From: Candidatus Caldarchaeum sp. | Lineage (GTDB): Archaea > Thermoproteota > Nitrososphaeria_A > Caldarchaeales > Caldarchaeaceae | Length of the DNA stretch: 19,001 nucleotides | Direction: 5' to 3' | Assembly: GCA_038831915.1 (NCBI GenBank) | Contig: JAWBKB010000025.1 | Location: 1 to 19,001, forward strand | Part shown: piece by piece, positions 1 through 7,331 of the stretch | Layout: each line of letters begins with the position of its first letter | Numbering within the stretch: the stretch's first letter is position 1 | Notes under the pieces: model-generated | Told to the model about the DNA's origin: nothing | What the model saw: the letters and a program-made list of their open reading frames with translations, nothing else | The model's database searches: none | Translations under genes and position numbers: made by a program

Positions 1-126
1 GACACTAACATTGTCCTTGTAGTAAATAGCCTTATATGGCCAATTTTCACAAAAACGTTTAAAAGCTCTTCCAGCCTTTAAATACCAAAATACACCTTAT
101 TAAGAAAAAAGAAAAACAAATCAACC

Positions 127-142
127 ATCATAATATTATGAT
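127..142. promoter_or_regulatory. Perfect 16-bp palindrome ATCATAATATTATGAT, candidate transcription-factor operator
   Basis: Identical to its own reverse complement; lies in AT-rich intergenic DNA about 145 bp upstream of the first CDS. Confidence 0.5.
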
Positions 143-251
143 TAGGCGGCCGAATATAATCGTGTATTAAATATTTCAGGTAAATATGTTGACTATGCGT
201 TTATTTCGCACCTGAGAAAATTGTTTTTAAGTTGTGGAACATGTCGTAGGT

Positions 252-259
252 TTTTTATA
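252..259 (+). promoter_or_regulatory. Archaeal TATA box (TTTTTATA) for the Mo large-subunit gene
   Basis: 26-33 bp upstream of ATG 285, the spacing expected for a leaderless archaeal transcript; no clear SD. Confidence 0.55.
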
Positions 260-284
260 CCTGTAACAAAGATGGATTGCCGTC

Positions 285-2570
285 ATGATGAAATACGTCG
301 GGGCCAGTGTAAAGCGGAAAGAAGACCCGAGACTGGTTAAGGGAAATTCAACCTACGTCGACGATGTCAGGCTTTCCAACATGCTTTACGCTGTTTTTCT
401 TCGAAGCACACATGCACACGCGAAAATCAAGAAAATCGACGTAGAAGAAGCACGAAAAATCAAGGGTGTCCACGGTGTTTTCACGGCTGCAGATTTGAAG
501 GAATTTGTGGGCCCATGTGTGGTAGAGACGATTTTTGACGAAAAGAGGTTTGTGGAACATTTTCCTCTCGCCGTCGATGAAGTGAAGTTTGTCGGAGAAC
601 CCGTCGCGGTGGTCGTCGCTGAAGACCTTTACACAGCCTTCGACGCCCTCGACCACATCAAAGTCGAGTACGAGCCGTTGCCAGCAGTTGTCTACCCTGA
701 AAAAGCCTTGGAAAAAGACTCCCCAAAAGTGCACGAAAACCTCGAAGACAACCTATGTTATCGATGGAAACGAGTTTATGGAAATGTGGAGAAAATTTTC
801 AAAGAAGCTGACGAAGTAGTTGAAGGTCGTTTCGTCATTCAGAGGTTGGCTCCTTCGCCGATGGAGCCGCGGGGAGTCGTGGCAAGCTACGACGGCTATA
901 ACAGGCTTTTGACAGTTTGGTCTTCGACACAGTTTCCGCACCGCCTCCGCACATGGATATCCATGTCTCTCAAGATTCCGGAAAATAGGATAAGAGTCAT
1001 CGCTCCCGAAGTCGGAGGCGGCTTCGGGTCAAAACTAAACCATTACCCCGAGGAGGTCATAGTTCCGTATCTCGCTATGAAGCTCAACAGGCCCGTCAAA
1101 TGGTTTGAAGACCGCGGTGCAAATCTGTCAGCCACAACGCATGGACGTGACATGATAGCCTACGTATCCGCGGCCGCAAAACGCAGCGGCGAAATCCTCG
1201 GGCTCAAGGTCAAAATAATCGCCGACCTCGGAGCATACAACCATGTTTACACGCAGGACAACCCTGTGATGGCCGCCCGCATGATTCAGGGATGCTATAA
1301 GCTTCAAAGCCTCGAGCTCGAAGTCGTCGGCGTCTACACCAACAAGATGGCTACAGACGCTTACAGAGGTGCGGGAAGGCCTGAAGCATCCTACATCATC
1401 GAGAGGACCGTCGACCTCGTCGCCCGCAAACTCGGAATGGACCCAGCTCAAATCAGGAAAATCAACTTCATCCATCCCGATGAATTCCCCTATGAAACTC
1501 TCACTCGTTTCACCTACGATTCTGGAAACTATCAAAATGCGCTCGACGAACTGCTCAAAGCCATGGATTACGACGGGTTGAAGAGACAGCGGGATGAATT
1601 GCGGAAACAGGGCCGTTACCTGGGCATCGGGCTTTCCACATTCGTCGAAGTATGTAACTTCTCTTATCAGAGTGCATCGGTCCGCGTCGAGCCCAGCGGC
1701 AAGATAATCGTGTTGACCAGCACGTCGCCGCATGGACAGGGTGAGGAAACCGCTTTCGCCCAAATAGTAGCAGATGAATTCGGTGTTTCCGTGGACGATG
1801 TTCAAGTCATCCACGGCGACACTCTTGCCATTCCCTATGGCTGGGGAACTGCGGGCAGTTGGACCTTAACAGCAGGGGGAATCGCCATCCTCAAAGCATG
1901 TAACGAGGTCAAAGAAAAGATGTTGAAGATTGCCGCGCATAGCTTGGAATGCAGGCCGGAAGACGTGGAACTCGCGGATGGAAAATTCTACGTCAAAGAA
2001 GCTGTGGAAAAAAGTGTTTCCTTTGAGGAAGTTGCGGCGAATGCGTATGATGCTGAAAAGCTTCCGGACGGTGTTGAGATGGGGCTGGCAGCGACGAGTT
2101 TCTACAACCCTGATTTGACGTTTCCCTTCGGCGCGTATGGCGCGGTTGTGGAAGTCTTTCCCGAAACCGGCCAGGTCGAGGTCAAGCGACTTTACATGGT
2201 GAGCGACTGCGGCAAAGTCGTCAACCCGATGCTCGTCGACGGACAAATCATGGGCGGCGCGATGCAGGCCATCGGACAAGCTCTTTACGAAGAAGTCGTC
2301 TACAACGAAGACGGTGTGCTACTTACCAGCAGCTTCACGGATTACTTGGTGCCGTCAGCTGTGGAGACACCGCCGATGGTTTTGCTCAGGACAGAAACAC
2401 CTGCACCCAACCCTCTTGGCACAAAAGGCGTGGGGGAGCTCGCCACCATTGGAGTCACGCAAGCAATCGTAAACGCGGTTCAAGACGCACTATCACCGTT
2501 CAACGTAACCATCGAAAAAACACCACTCCTACCATCCTACGTCTGGAAAATCATGTCAGGAAAAAAATGA
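285..2570 (+). CDS. Xanthine dehydrogenase family molybdopterin-binding large subunit (form II CoxL-like / aldehyde oxidoreductase-like)
   Basis: N-terminal VGASVKRKEDPRLVKG..YVDD; MEPRG; VGGGFGSK; active-site loop AYRGAGRPEA; HGQGEET; DCGKVVNPMLVDGQIMGG; KGVGE with catalytic Glu. Start could be 288 (ATGATG). Confidence 0.93.
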   Translation: MMKYVGASVKRKEDPRLVKGNSTYVDDVRLSNMLYAVFLRSTHAHAKIKKIDVEEARKIKGVHGVFTAADLKEFVGPCVVETIFDEKRFVEHFPLAVDEVKFVGEPVAVVVAEDLYTAFDALDHIKVEYEPLPAVVYPEKALEKDSPKVHENLEDNLCYRWKRVYGNVEKIFKEADEVVEGRFVIQRLAPSPMEPRGVVASYDGYNRLLTVWSSTQFPHRLRTWISMSLKIPENRIRVIAPEVGGGFGSKLNHYPEEVIVPYLAMKLNRPVKWFEDRGANLSATTHGRDMIAYVSAAAKRSGEILGLKVKIIADLGAYNHVYTQDNPVMAARMIQGCYKLQSLELEVVGVYTNKMATDAYRGAGRPEASYIIERTVDLVARKLGMDPAQIRKINFIHPDEFPYETLTRFTYDSGNYQNALDELLKAMDYDGLKRQRDELRKQGRYLGIGLSTFVEVCNFSYQSASVRVEPSGKIIVLTSTSPHGQGEETAFAQIVADEFGVSVDDVQVIHGDTLAIPYGWGTAGSWTLTAGGIAILKACNEVKEKMLKIAAHSLECRPEDVELADGKFYVKEAVEKSVSFEEVAANAYDAEKLPDGVEMGLAATSFYNPDLTFPFGAYGAVVEVFPETGQVEVKRLYMVSDCGKVVNPMLVDGQIMGGAMQAIGQALYEEVVYNEDGVLLTSSFTDYLVPSAVETPPMVLLRTETPAPNPLGTKGVGELATIGVTQAIVNAVQDALSPFNVTIEKTPLLPSYVWKIMSGKK

Positions 2571-2592
2571 TAAACCGGGAGCGAAGGTTCCT

Positions 2593-3759
2593 TTGAGAAT
2601 CGCGGTTCTCGGCGGAGCTGGTGCGACAGGTTCCGCGGCTGTCAGAAACCTGGTCGAGGACAAACATGTTTCAGAAGTCTTGGTCGGCGACGCTAATGAG
2701 GAGAAGCTCGAAAAATTCGCCTCGAAGCTTCGAAGTAGCAAAGTTTCTACGAAGGTGGTTGACGTGAGGAAAATCGATGAAACAGCGGATTTTATTCGTG
2801 GATGCGACGTTGTGATCAACGCGGTCCAGTACTACTTTAACTTGGATGTGATGATGTCCGCGTTGAAGGCTGGTGTCCACTACGTCGATCATGGCGGGCT
2901 GTATCACGTCACGTTGAAGCAGCTTGAACTCGACGACCAGTTTTGCAGTAAGGGGTTGACTGCCTTGGTTGGCATGGGTGCTCAGCCAGGGTTGACCAAC
3001 CTATGCGCTTCACATGCGGCCTCGCTGCTGGACGAGATGAAAGCCGTTTACATCCGTGATGGATACCGTGATTTGACGCCGAATGGGCCGTTTTTCACAT
3101 GGTCTCCTTCGACGCTTTTCGACGAAATGATGCTTGACGCCGTCGTGCTACGCGGCGGAAAAACCGTCAGCGTTCCAGCGTTCTCCCTCTCTGAAGAGGT
3201 TGATTTCCCAGAGCCCGTAGGCCGTCTAAAAACCTACGTAACCCTGCATTCGGAGCTCGCGACCTTTCCACGAAGCTTCAAGGGCAAAAACCTCTCGGAA
3301 TGCGACTGGATGGAAGGAAGCCCCGAGCTGGAGCTTATCAAGAAACTCGCCGACATCGGGTTCGCGTCCCTGGATGAGATAGATTATGAAGGCTGCCGTG
3401 TTTCACCGCGTAGACTGTTTCTCAAGCTCGTGGAGATGAAGGACCTTATGGGTTTCAGGGAAGGAGTGGTTCCCGACGACTGGGAATACACATACGTCTA
3501 CGTTGTTGGCAGAAAGATGAGCAGAGACGTGAAGCTGGTTTACCGAATTTTGTTTCCTCCGCATCAGGGTTGGATGATGAGCTGCTCCCAAACAGGGGTG
3601 GGCATACCTTCGTCGACAGCCGCCGTGATGATAGCTGAAAACCAAATAACAGCGAGAGGAGTCGTGCCTCCCGAAACCGCTTTGGAGCCCGCCAGCTTCT
3701 TCGAAAAAATGGCTCAGCATGGCATCGAAATCATGCAAACCGAGGAATCAATTCGCTGA
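2593..3759 (+). CDS. Saccharopine dehydrogenase-like NAD(P)-dependent oxidoreductase (lysine 6-dehydrogenase / carboxynorspermidine dehydrogenase superfamily)
   Basis: Rossmann IAVLGGAGATG; DVVINA; HYVDHGG; GMGAQPGLTN; FPEPVG..TLHSELATFP; C-terminal GVVPPE. TTG start 22 bp after the upstream stop, so probably co-transcribed. Confidence 0.88.
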   Translation: MRIAVLGGAGATGSAAVRNLVEDKHVSEVLVGDANEEKLEKFASKLRSSKVSTKVVDVRKIDETADFIRGCDVVINAVQYYFNLDVMMSALKAGVHYVDHGGLYHVTLKQLELDDQFCSKGLTALVGMGAQPGLTNLCASHAASLLDEMKAVYIRDGYRDLTPNGPFFTWSPSTLFDEMMLDAVVLRGGKTVSVPAFSLSEEVDFPEPVGRLKTYVTLHSELATFPRSFKGKNLSECDWMEGSPELELIKKLADIGFASLDEIDYEGCRVSPRRLFLKLVEMKDLMGFREGVVPDDWEYTYVYVVGRKMSRDVKLVYRILFPPHQGWMMSCSQTGVGIPSSTAAVMIAENQITARGVVPPETALEPASFFEKMAQHGIEIMQTEESIR

Positions 3760-3762
3760 ATT
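3755..3762 (+). repeat. Left target-site duplication GCTGAATT (contains the TGA stop of the dehydrogenase gene)
   Basis: Identical 8-mer at 4416-4423; both copies directly abut the TIRs. Confidence 0.9.
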
Positions 3763-4415
3763 GGGACTGTCAACTTAAGGTCATCCATGACCTTATCCAC
3801 TTCTCTGATACCTTAGGCCTGTATGTTGGGAAGCATGTGTTGAACTGTTTTATTCTTCTCTTGAGCTTGCTGAACCAAGACTCTATCGTGTTTCTCCTAC
3901 CGAACGTCTCTACCCTCCTCCTAAAGCCCAGAACCTTCATAGGTCATCCATACCATGGAGCCCTATCCATGTAGACTGTAGGGTTATTAGCGCACCTATC
4001 CCTAACAACCTCGAGGAACCTTATACACTCTGCTATCCCCCTAACCCTAGATACCTGGACTGCCATTATCTCCCTAGCAGCCCATACATAGGCTCTCCTG
4101 ACGAGATTATGGATTACTGTCTCATCTACAGCTATCGATCCACGCCTACTATAGATGAGAAGGCCTCACCACCCCTTTGGAACCAATCCCTAACAGACTC
4201 AAGGCTTACCTGGAATCCGAGCTCGCATAATATCTCCGCTACCCTCCTGAGGCTATAGCCTAACACCTAGAGCCCTAAACCCACGGAGACGTCCTAAGAC
4301 GGAAAAAGACACTTCTATCACCGAAGAAACCTATAAGACGGCCGAGGCCTACCCCAACTCTGCATCACCCACAACTAATGGGAAAGCCCAGACCATAGAC
4401 CAAGTTGACAGTCCC
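3763..4415 (-). mobile_element. IS6-family insertion sequence, 653 bp, non-autonomous (decayed transposase)
   Basis: Perfect 14-bp terminal inverted repeats GGGACTGTCAACTT (3763-3776) and AAGTTGACAGTCCC (4402-4415); flanking 8-bp direct repeat GCTGAATT; DDE transposase remnants on the minus strand. Confidence 0.92.
3770..4365 (-). pseudogene. IS6-family DDE transposase pseudogene
   Basis: Manual translation gives GYSLRRVAEILCELGFQVSLESVRDWFQR (HTH-like), IAVDETVI..YVWAA (first Asp), PTVYMDRAPWY (second Asp), FGRRNTIESWFSKLKRRIKQF (Glu). Frameshifts near 4150 and 4260-4280, in-frame TGA at 3944-3946, natural stop inside the TIR at 3770-3772. The 5' start is uncertain. Confidence 0.88.
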
Positions 4416-4423
4416 GCTGAATT
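4416..4423 (+). repeat. Right target-site duplication GCTGAATT
   Basis: Identical to 3755-3762. Confidence 0.9.
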
Positions 4424-4425
4424 TC

Positions 4426-4441
4426 CGAAAAAATTTATAAA
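4426..4441 (+). promoter_or_regulatory. BRE + TATA box (CGAAAAAA-TTTATAAA) of the substrate-binding protein gene
   Basis: Consensus TTTATAAA at 4434-4441 preceded by a purine-rich BRE, 24-31 bp upstream of ATG 4465. Confidence 0.75.
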
Positions 4442-4464
4442 CATTTGATGGATCCACATCACAT

Positions 4465-5700
4465 ATGACCGACGTTTCTCGACGCTCCTTTTTCCGGGCA
4501 GTTGGTTCAGTAGTGGCGGCCGGAATCGCGGGAATAGCCGGCGGATATGTTCTCGGTTCCTCGATGACTCGGGCAGAGTTTGAAAGACTTTACGGGCCCG
4601 GCGCCACTCAGGCTGGAAACGAAATAATTAGAAGGCTTGAAGCGGAAATTAAGGAGCTGAAGGAAAAGCTCGCACAGTACGAAATCAAGGACAAGGAAGT
4701 GGGGGTTTATTTCTGGGCCGAAACAATACCCGAACATTTGATCACGTTTTTCGAGGAGAAAACAGGTGTCCGCGTCATTTTCGACACGTTTGACAGTAGC
4801 GACGAAGTTTACGCCAAGCTTTTTACCGGCCGAATGCCCTACGACGTGACATCAGTCACCATGGGTGGAATGACCCGTCAAGAACATGAAAGATATCTGA
4901 TGAAGCTTGATTTGTCCCGCATTCCAAACTTCAAGAGATATGCTTTCGACGGATTCATCAAGGAAATTCTCAACCCGCCTTTTGACCCGAGGAGGGATTA
5001 TTCTGTTCCCGCAGAGCTCGGCACAACAGGCGTGTCATTTAGAACGGATAAAATTTCTGAAAACGACTGGCCAACAGGATTCAGAGATTCGCTTTTTGAT
5101 TTTGACGGGTTTTTGCGGAAATACAGCCCACGAGATGGTGTGAAGAGGGCTACGATGATTCCCGGCGGAGTCGAAACAATTCCCGTAGTTATCAAGGCAA
5201 TTATGGGTAAGTCCATAAACGCCATCACGCCTGAAAACGTACAGGAAGCGAAGGAAATTCTCATCCAGCAGAAGCCATACCTCGCGACATATGCGGGGGC
5301 GTCGGAATATGTGCCAGGCCTCGCCGAAGCAAGGTTCTGGGTCAGCGAAACATGGATTTGGCAGGATTCGCCTAACAACGTAGACTACGTCGCCCCGGTC
5401 GAAGGCTCCGAAATCTGGGAAGATTCTTTCGTCATTCCCAAGTCAGCTGAACACGTCGACGCCGCGTATGCGTTCATCAACTACATGCTTGAGCCGCCGG
5501 TTCAAGTCGCCCATGTTCTTTACAACAGCTTGGTAACCCCGAACAGGCTCGCTTATGAAATGCTTCCAGACGACGTGAAAAACGACCCGAGCATCTACCC
5601 GCCCAAAGAAATCATCGACAGGTATGAGATGTGGGTTAACCGCACGCCGGAGGAGAAAGAACTTCTCACACGAGCATGGCTCGAAGTATTAGCCGCGTAA
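4465..5700 (+). CDS. potD: PotD/PotF-family (polyamine-type) ABC transporter substrate-binding protein with Tat signal
   Basis: SRRSFFR twin-arginine motif plus hydrophobic helix; FEEKTGVRVIFDTFDSSDEVYAKL; KLDLSRIPNF; FDPRRDYSVP; EGSEIWEDSFVIPKSA..AYAFINYMLEP; IYPP; adjacent to potABC. Confidence 0.85.
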   Translation: MTDVSRRSFFRAVGSVVAAGIAGIAGGYVLGSSMTRAEFERLYGPGATQAGNEIIRRLEAEIKELKEKLAQYEIKDKEVGVYFWAETIPEHLITFFEEKTGVRVIFDTFDSSDEVYAKLFTGRMPYDVTSVTMGGMTRQEHERYLMKLDLSRIPNFKRYAFDGFIKEILNPPFDPRRDYSVPAELGTTGVSFRTDKISENDWPTGFRDSLFDFDGFLRKYSPRDGVKRATMIPGGVETIPVVIKAIMGKSINAITPENVQEAKEILIQQKPYLATYAGASEYVPGLAEARFWVSETWIWQDSPNNVDYVAPVEGSEIWEDSFVIPKSAEHVDAAYAFINYMLEPPVQVAHVLYNSLVTPNRLAYEMLPDDVKNDPSIYPPKEIIDRYEMWVNRTPEEKELLTRAWLEVLAA

Positions 5701-6474
5701 CTATTTTCTTCTATACCTTGTGTAGAGTAAAGCGAGGGTCAAGGAGATTAACAGCGACACAGTTGCCACTGCGTTTACTTCCGGAGATATTCCTCGTCCT
5801 CTACCAGCTGCCGCGTTCCAGATGTAGACGGGAAGTGTTTCAAACCCTGGGGCCCGTGTGAACTGTGTTTTGATAAAGCTGTCCCAAGACCATGTGAAAA
5901 TCAACAATCCGCCGGTGACTATGCCGGGCATCAACAACGGCAAGGTGACGCTGAAAAACGTTCTCACGCCTGAAGCACCCAGAACACGGGCCGCGTCTTC
6001 GTAGATTTTCGGCATCCCCGCCATTCGTGCCCTGATGACGACGTAGACGAGCGGAAACCAGACAAGGTGCCCGACAATCACCGCGAAGACCCCGAGCGGA
6101 AGGTCAACCCAGATGAAGAATAAGACGAGTGTCAAAGCTTCTGCGATTTCGGGAATCACGATGGATAGGTAGAACGCGTTATGAAGAGACATGCGTATTC
6201 TTTCGGAGAGCTTTTCCACGGCGACCGCGGCGAGTAGGGCAAACACGATGGAGATGGCGGTGACGACAGCCGCCACCCAGAAACTGTTGTAAAGGGCGTT
6301 GAGCACTCTTGTGTTTGAGAAGGCGCGGAAATACCAGTCCAACGTGAAGCTGCCGACAGATGTTAGAGAGCCGCCCGAAGTGAAGGAGACCAGAGCCATA
6401 GCGGCTAACGGTGCGTAGAGAAATGCGAAGATAAGCACCGCGAATCCTTTGAGCAGTAGGTCGCCGAGCTTCAA
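5701..6474 (-). CDS. potC: ABC transporter permease, PotC-like
   Basis: FLYAPL..LVSF, FTLDWY, EAA loop YEDAARVLGAS..TFFSVTLPLLMPGI, TLPVYIW, ISPEVNAVAT; 4-bp overlap with potB. Confidence 0.9.
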   Translation of the reverse strand: MKLGDLLLKGFAVLIFAFLYAPLAAMALVSFTSGGSLTSVGSFTLDWYFRAFSNTRVLNALYNSFWVAAVVTAISIVFALLAAVAVEKLSERIRMSLHNAFYLSIVIPEIAEALTLVLFFIWVDLPLGVFAVIVGHLVWFPLVYVVIRARMAGMPKIYEDAARVLGASGVRTFFSVTLPLLMPGIVTGGLLIFTWSWDSFIKTQFTRAPGFETLPVYIWNAAAGRGRGISPEVNAVATVSLLISLTLALLYTRYRRK

Positions 6475-7331
6475 AGCGTGAACTCCTCTCTTGAATATTT
6501 GAGGTATAGGATGACGCCGACCATGACCATCGCGATGTATATCAGGGATAGCGCTGAGCCCCAGTTCCAGTTTCGTGCGCTGATGAACGCGGAGTAAATC
6601 ATGGTTCCGACGAAGACTTCGCTGGGGCCTCCGAGAAAAGCAGGTATGACGAATTCGCCTGCCGCGGGGATGAATGTGAGCAGCGTTCCAGCTACTAGAC
6701 CTGGCTTGCTGAGCGGCAGCGTCACTTTGAAGAAAGCCGATAAAGGCCCTGCTCCGAGAGCTCGCGCCGCCTCGATGTGTGTTTTGCTGATTTTTTCCAG
6801 GCTTGCGTAAAGAGGTAGAATCATGAAGGGTAGGTAGCCGTAAATCATGCCCAATAGGACGGCGAATTCGTTGTAGATGAGGTAAAGCGGTTCTCTAATG
6901 ATTCCCATGGCGATGAGTATGTTGTTGACAATTCCTTCGGGCCCGAGAAGGGATAGAACGGCGTAGGCGCGGAGCAGGAAAGTGACCCATAGCGGTAGAA
7001 TGATTAAGAGGACGAGGAAGTTTTTGTATTGTCCGCCTTTAAACGCGATGAGGTATGCAATCGGGTAGCCGAGAATGATGCATGCGGCTGTCGTAGCTAA
7101 TGCGAAAACCAGCGACTTGCCCAGCACACGGAGGAACACGGTGTCCAGTGCCTGCTGAAAATACGTGAGCGTGAAAACATCCCCTCTCAGCTGCTGCGCG
7201 GGACTGGGAAGGATGACGCCGAAGCTTACGCCAACAACCGTGATAAAGGGGAAGATGAAAAAGACGAGGTAGAAGAGGATGGGCGGCAGTAGAAGAAGTA
7301 GAATCAGCCCGGTTTTCCGCTTCTGTTTCAT
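6471..7331 (-). CDS. potB: ABC transporter permease, PotB-like
   Basis: LGYPIAY, LPLWVTFLLRAYA, YLPFMILPLYASLEKI, EAARALGA, FVIPAFLGG, RNWNWGSALS; 4-bp overlap with potA. Confidence 0.92.
   Translation of the reverse strand: MKQKRKTGLILLLLLPPILFYLVFFIFPFITVVGVSFGVILPSPAQQLRGDVFTLTYFQQALDTVFLRVLGKSLVFALATTAACIILGYPIAYLIAFKGGQYKNFLVLLIILPLWVTFLLRAYAVLSLLGPEGIVNNILIAMGIIREPLYLIYNEFAVLLGMIYGYLPFMILPLYASLEKISKTHIEAARALGAGPLSAFFKVTLPLSKPGLVAGTLLTFIPAAGEFVIPAFLGGPSEVFVGTMIYSAFISARNWNWGSALSLIYIAMVMVGVILYLKYSREEFTL

Noticed and set aside
285-2570. Aerobic CO dehydrogenase (form I CoxL)
   Set aside because: Active-site loop is AYRGAGR, not AYxCSFR; no coxDEFG accessory genes in the window.
3944-3946. 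In-frame TGA in the transposase as selenocysteine or programmed read-through
   Set aside because: The same gene has several frameshifts; a nonsense mutation in a pseudogene is simpler.
3763-4415. CRISPR array or ncRNA in the large ORF-free gap
   Set aside because: No periodic repeats; the gap is fully explained by the IS6 remnant.
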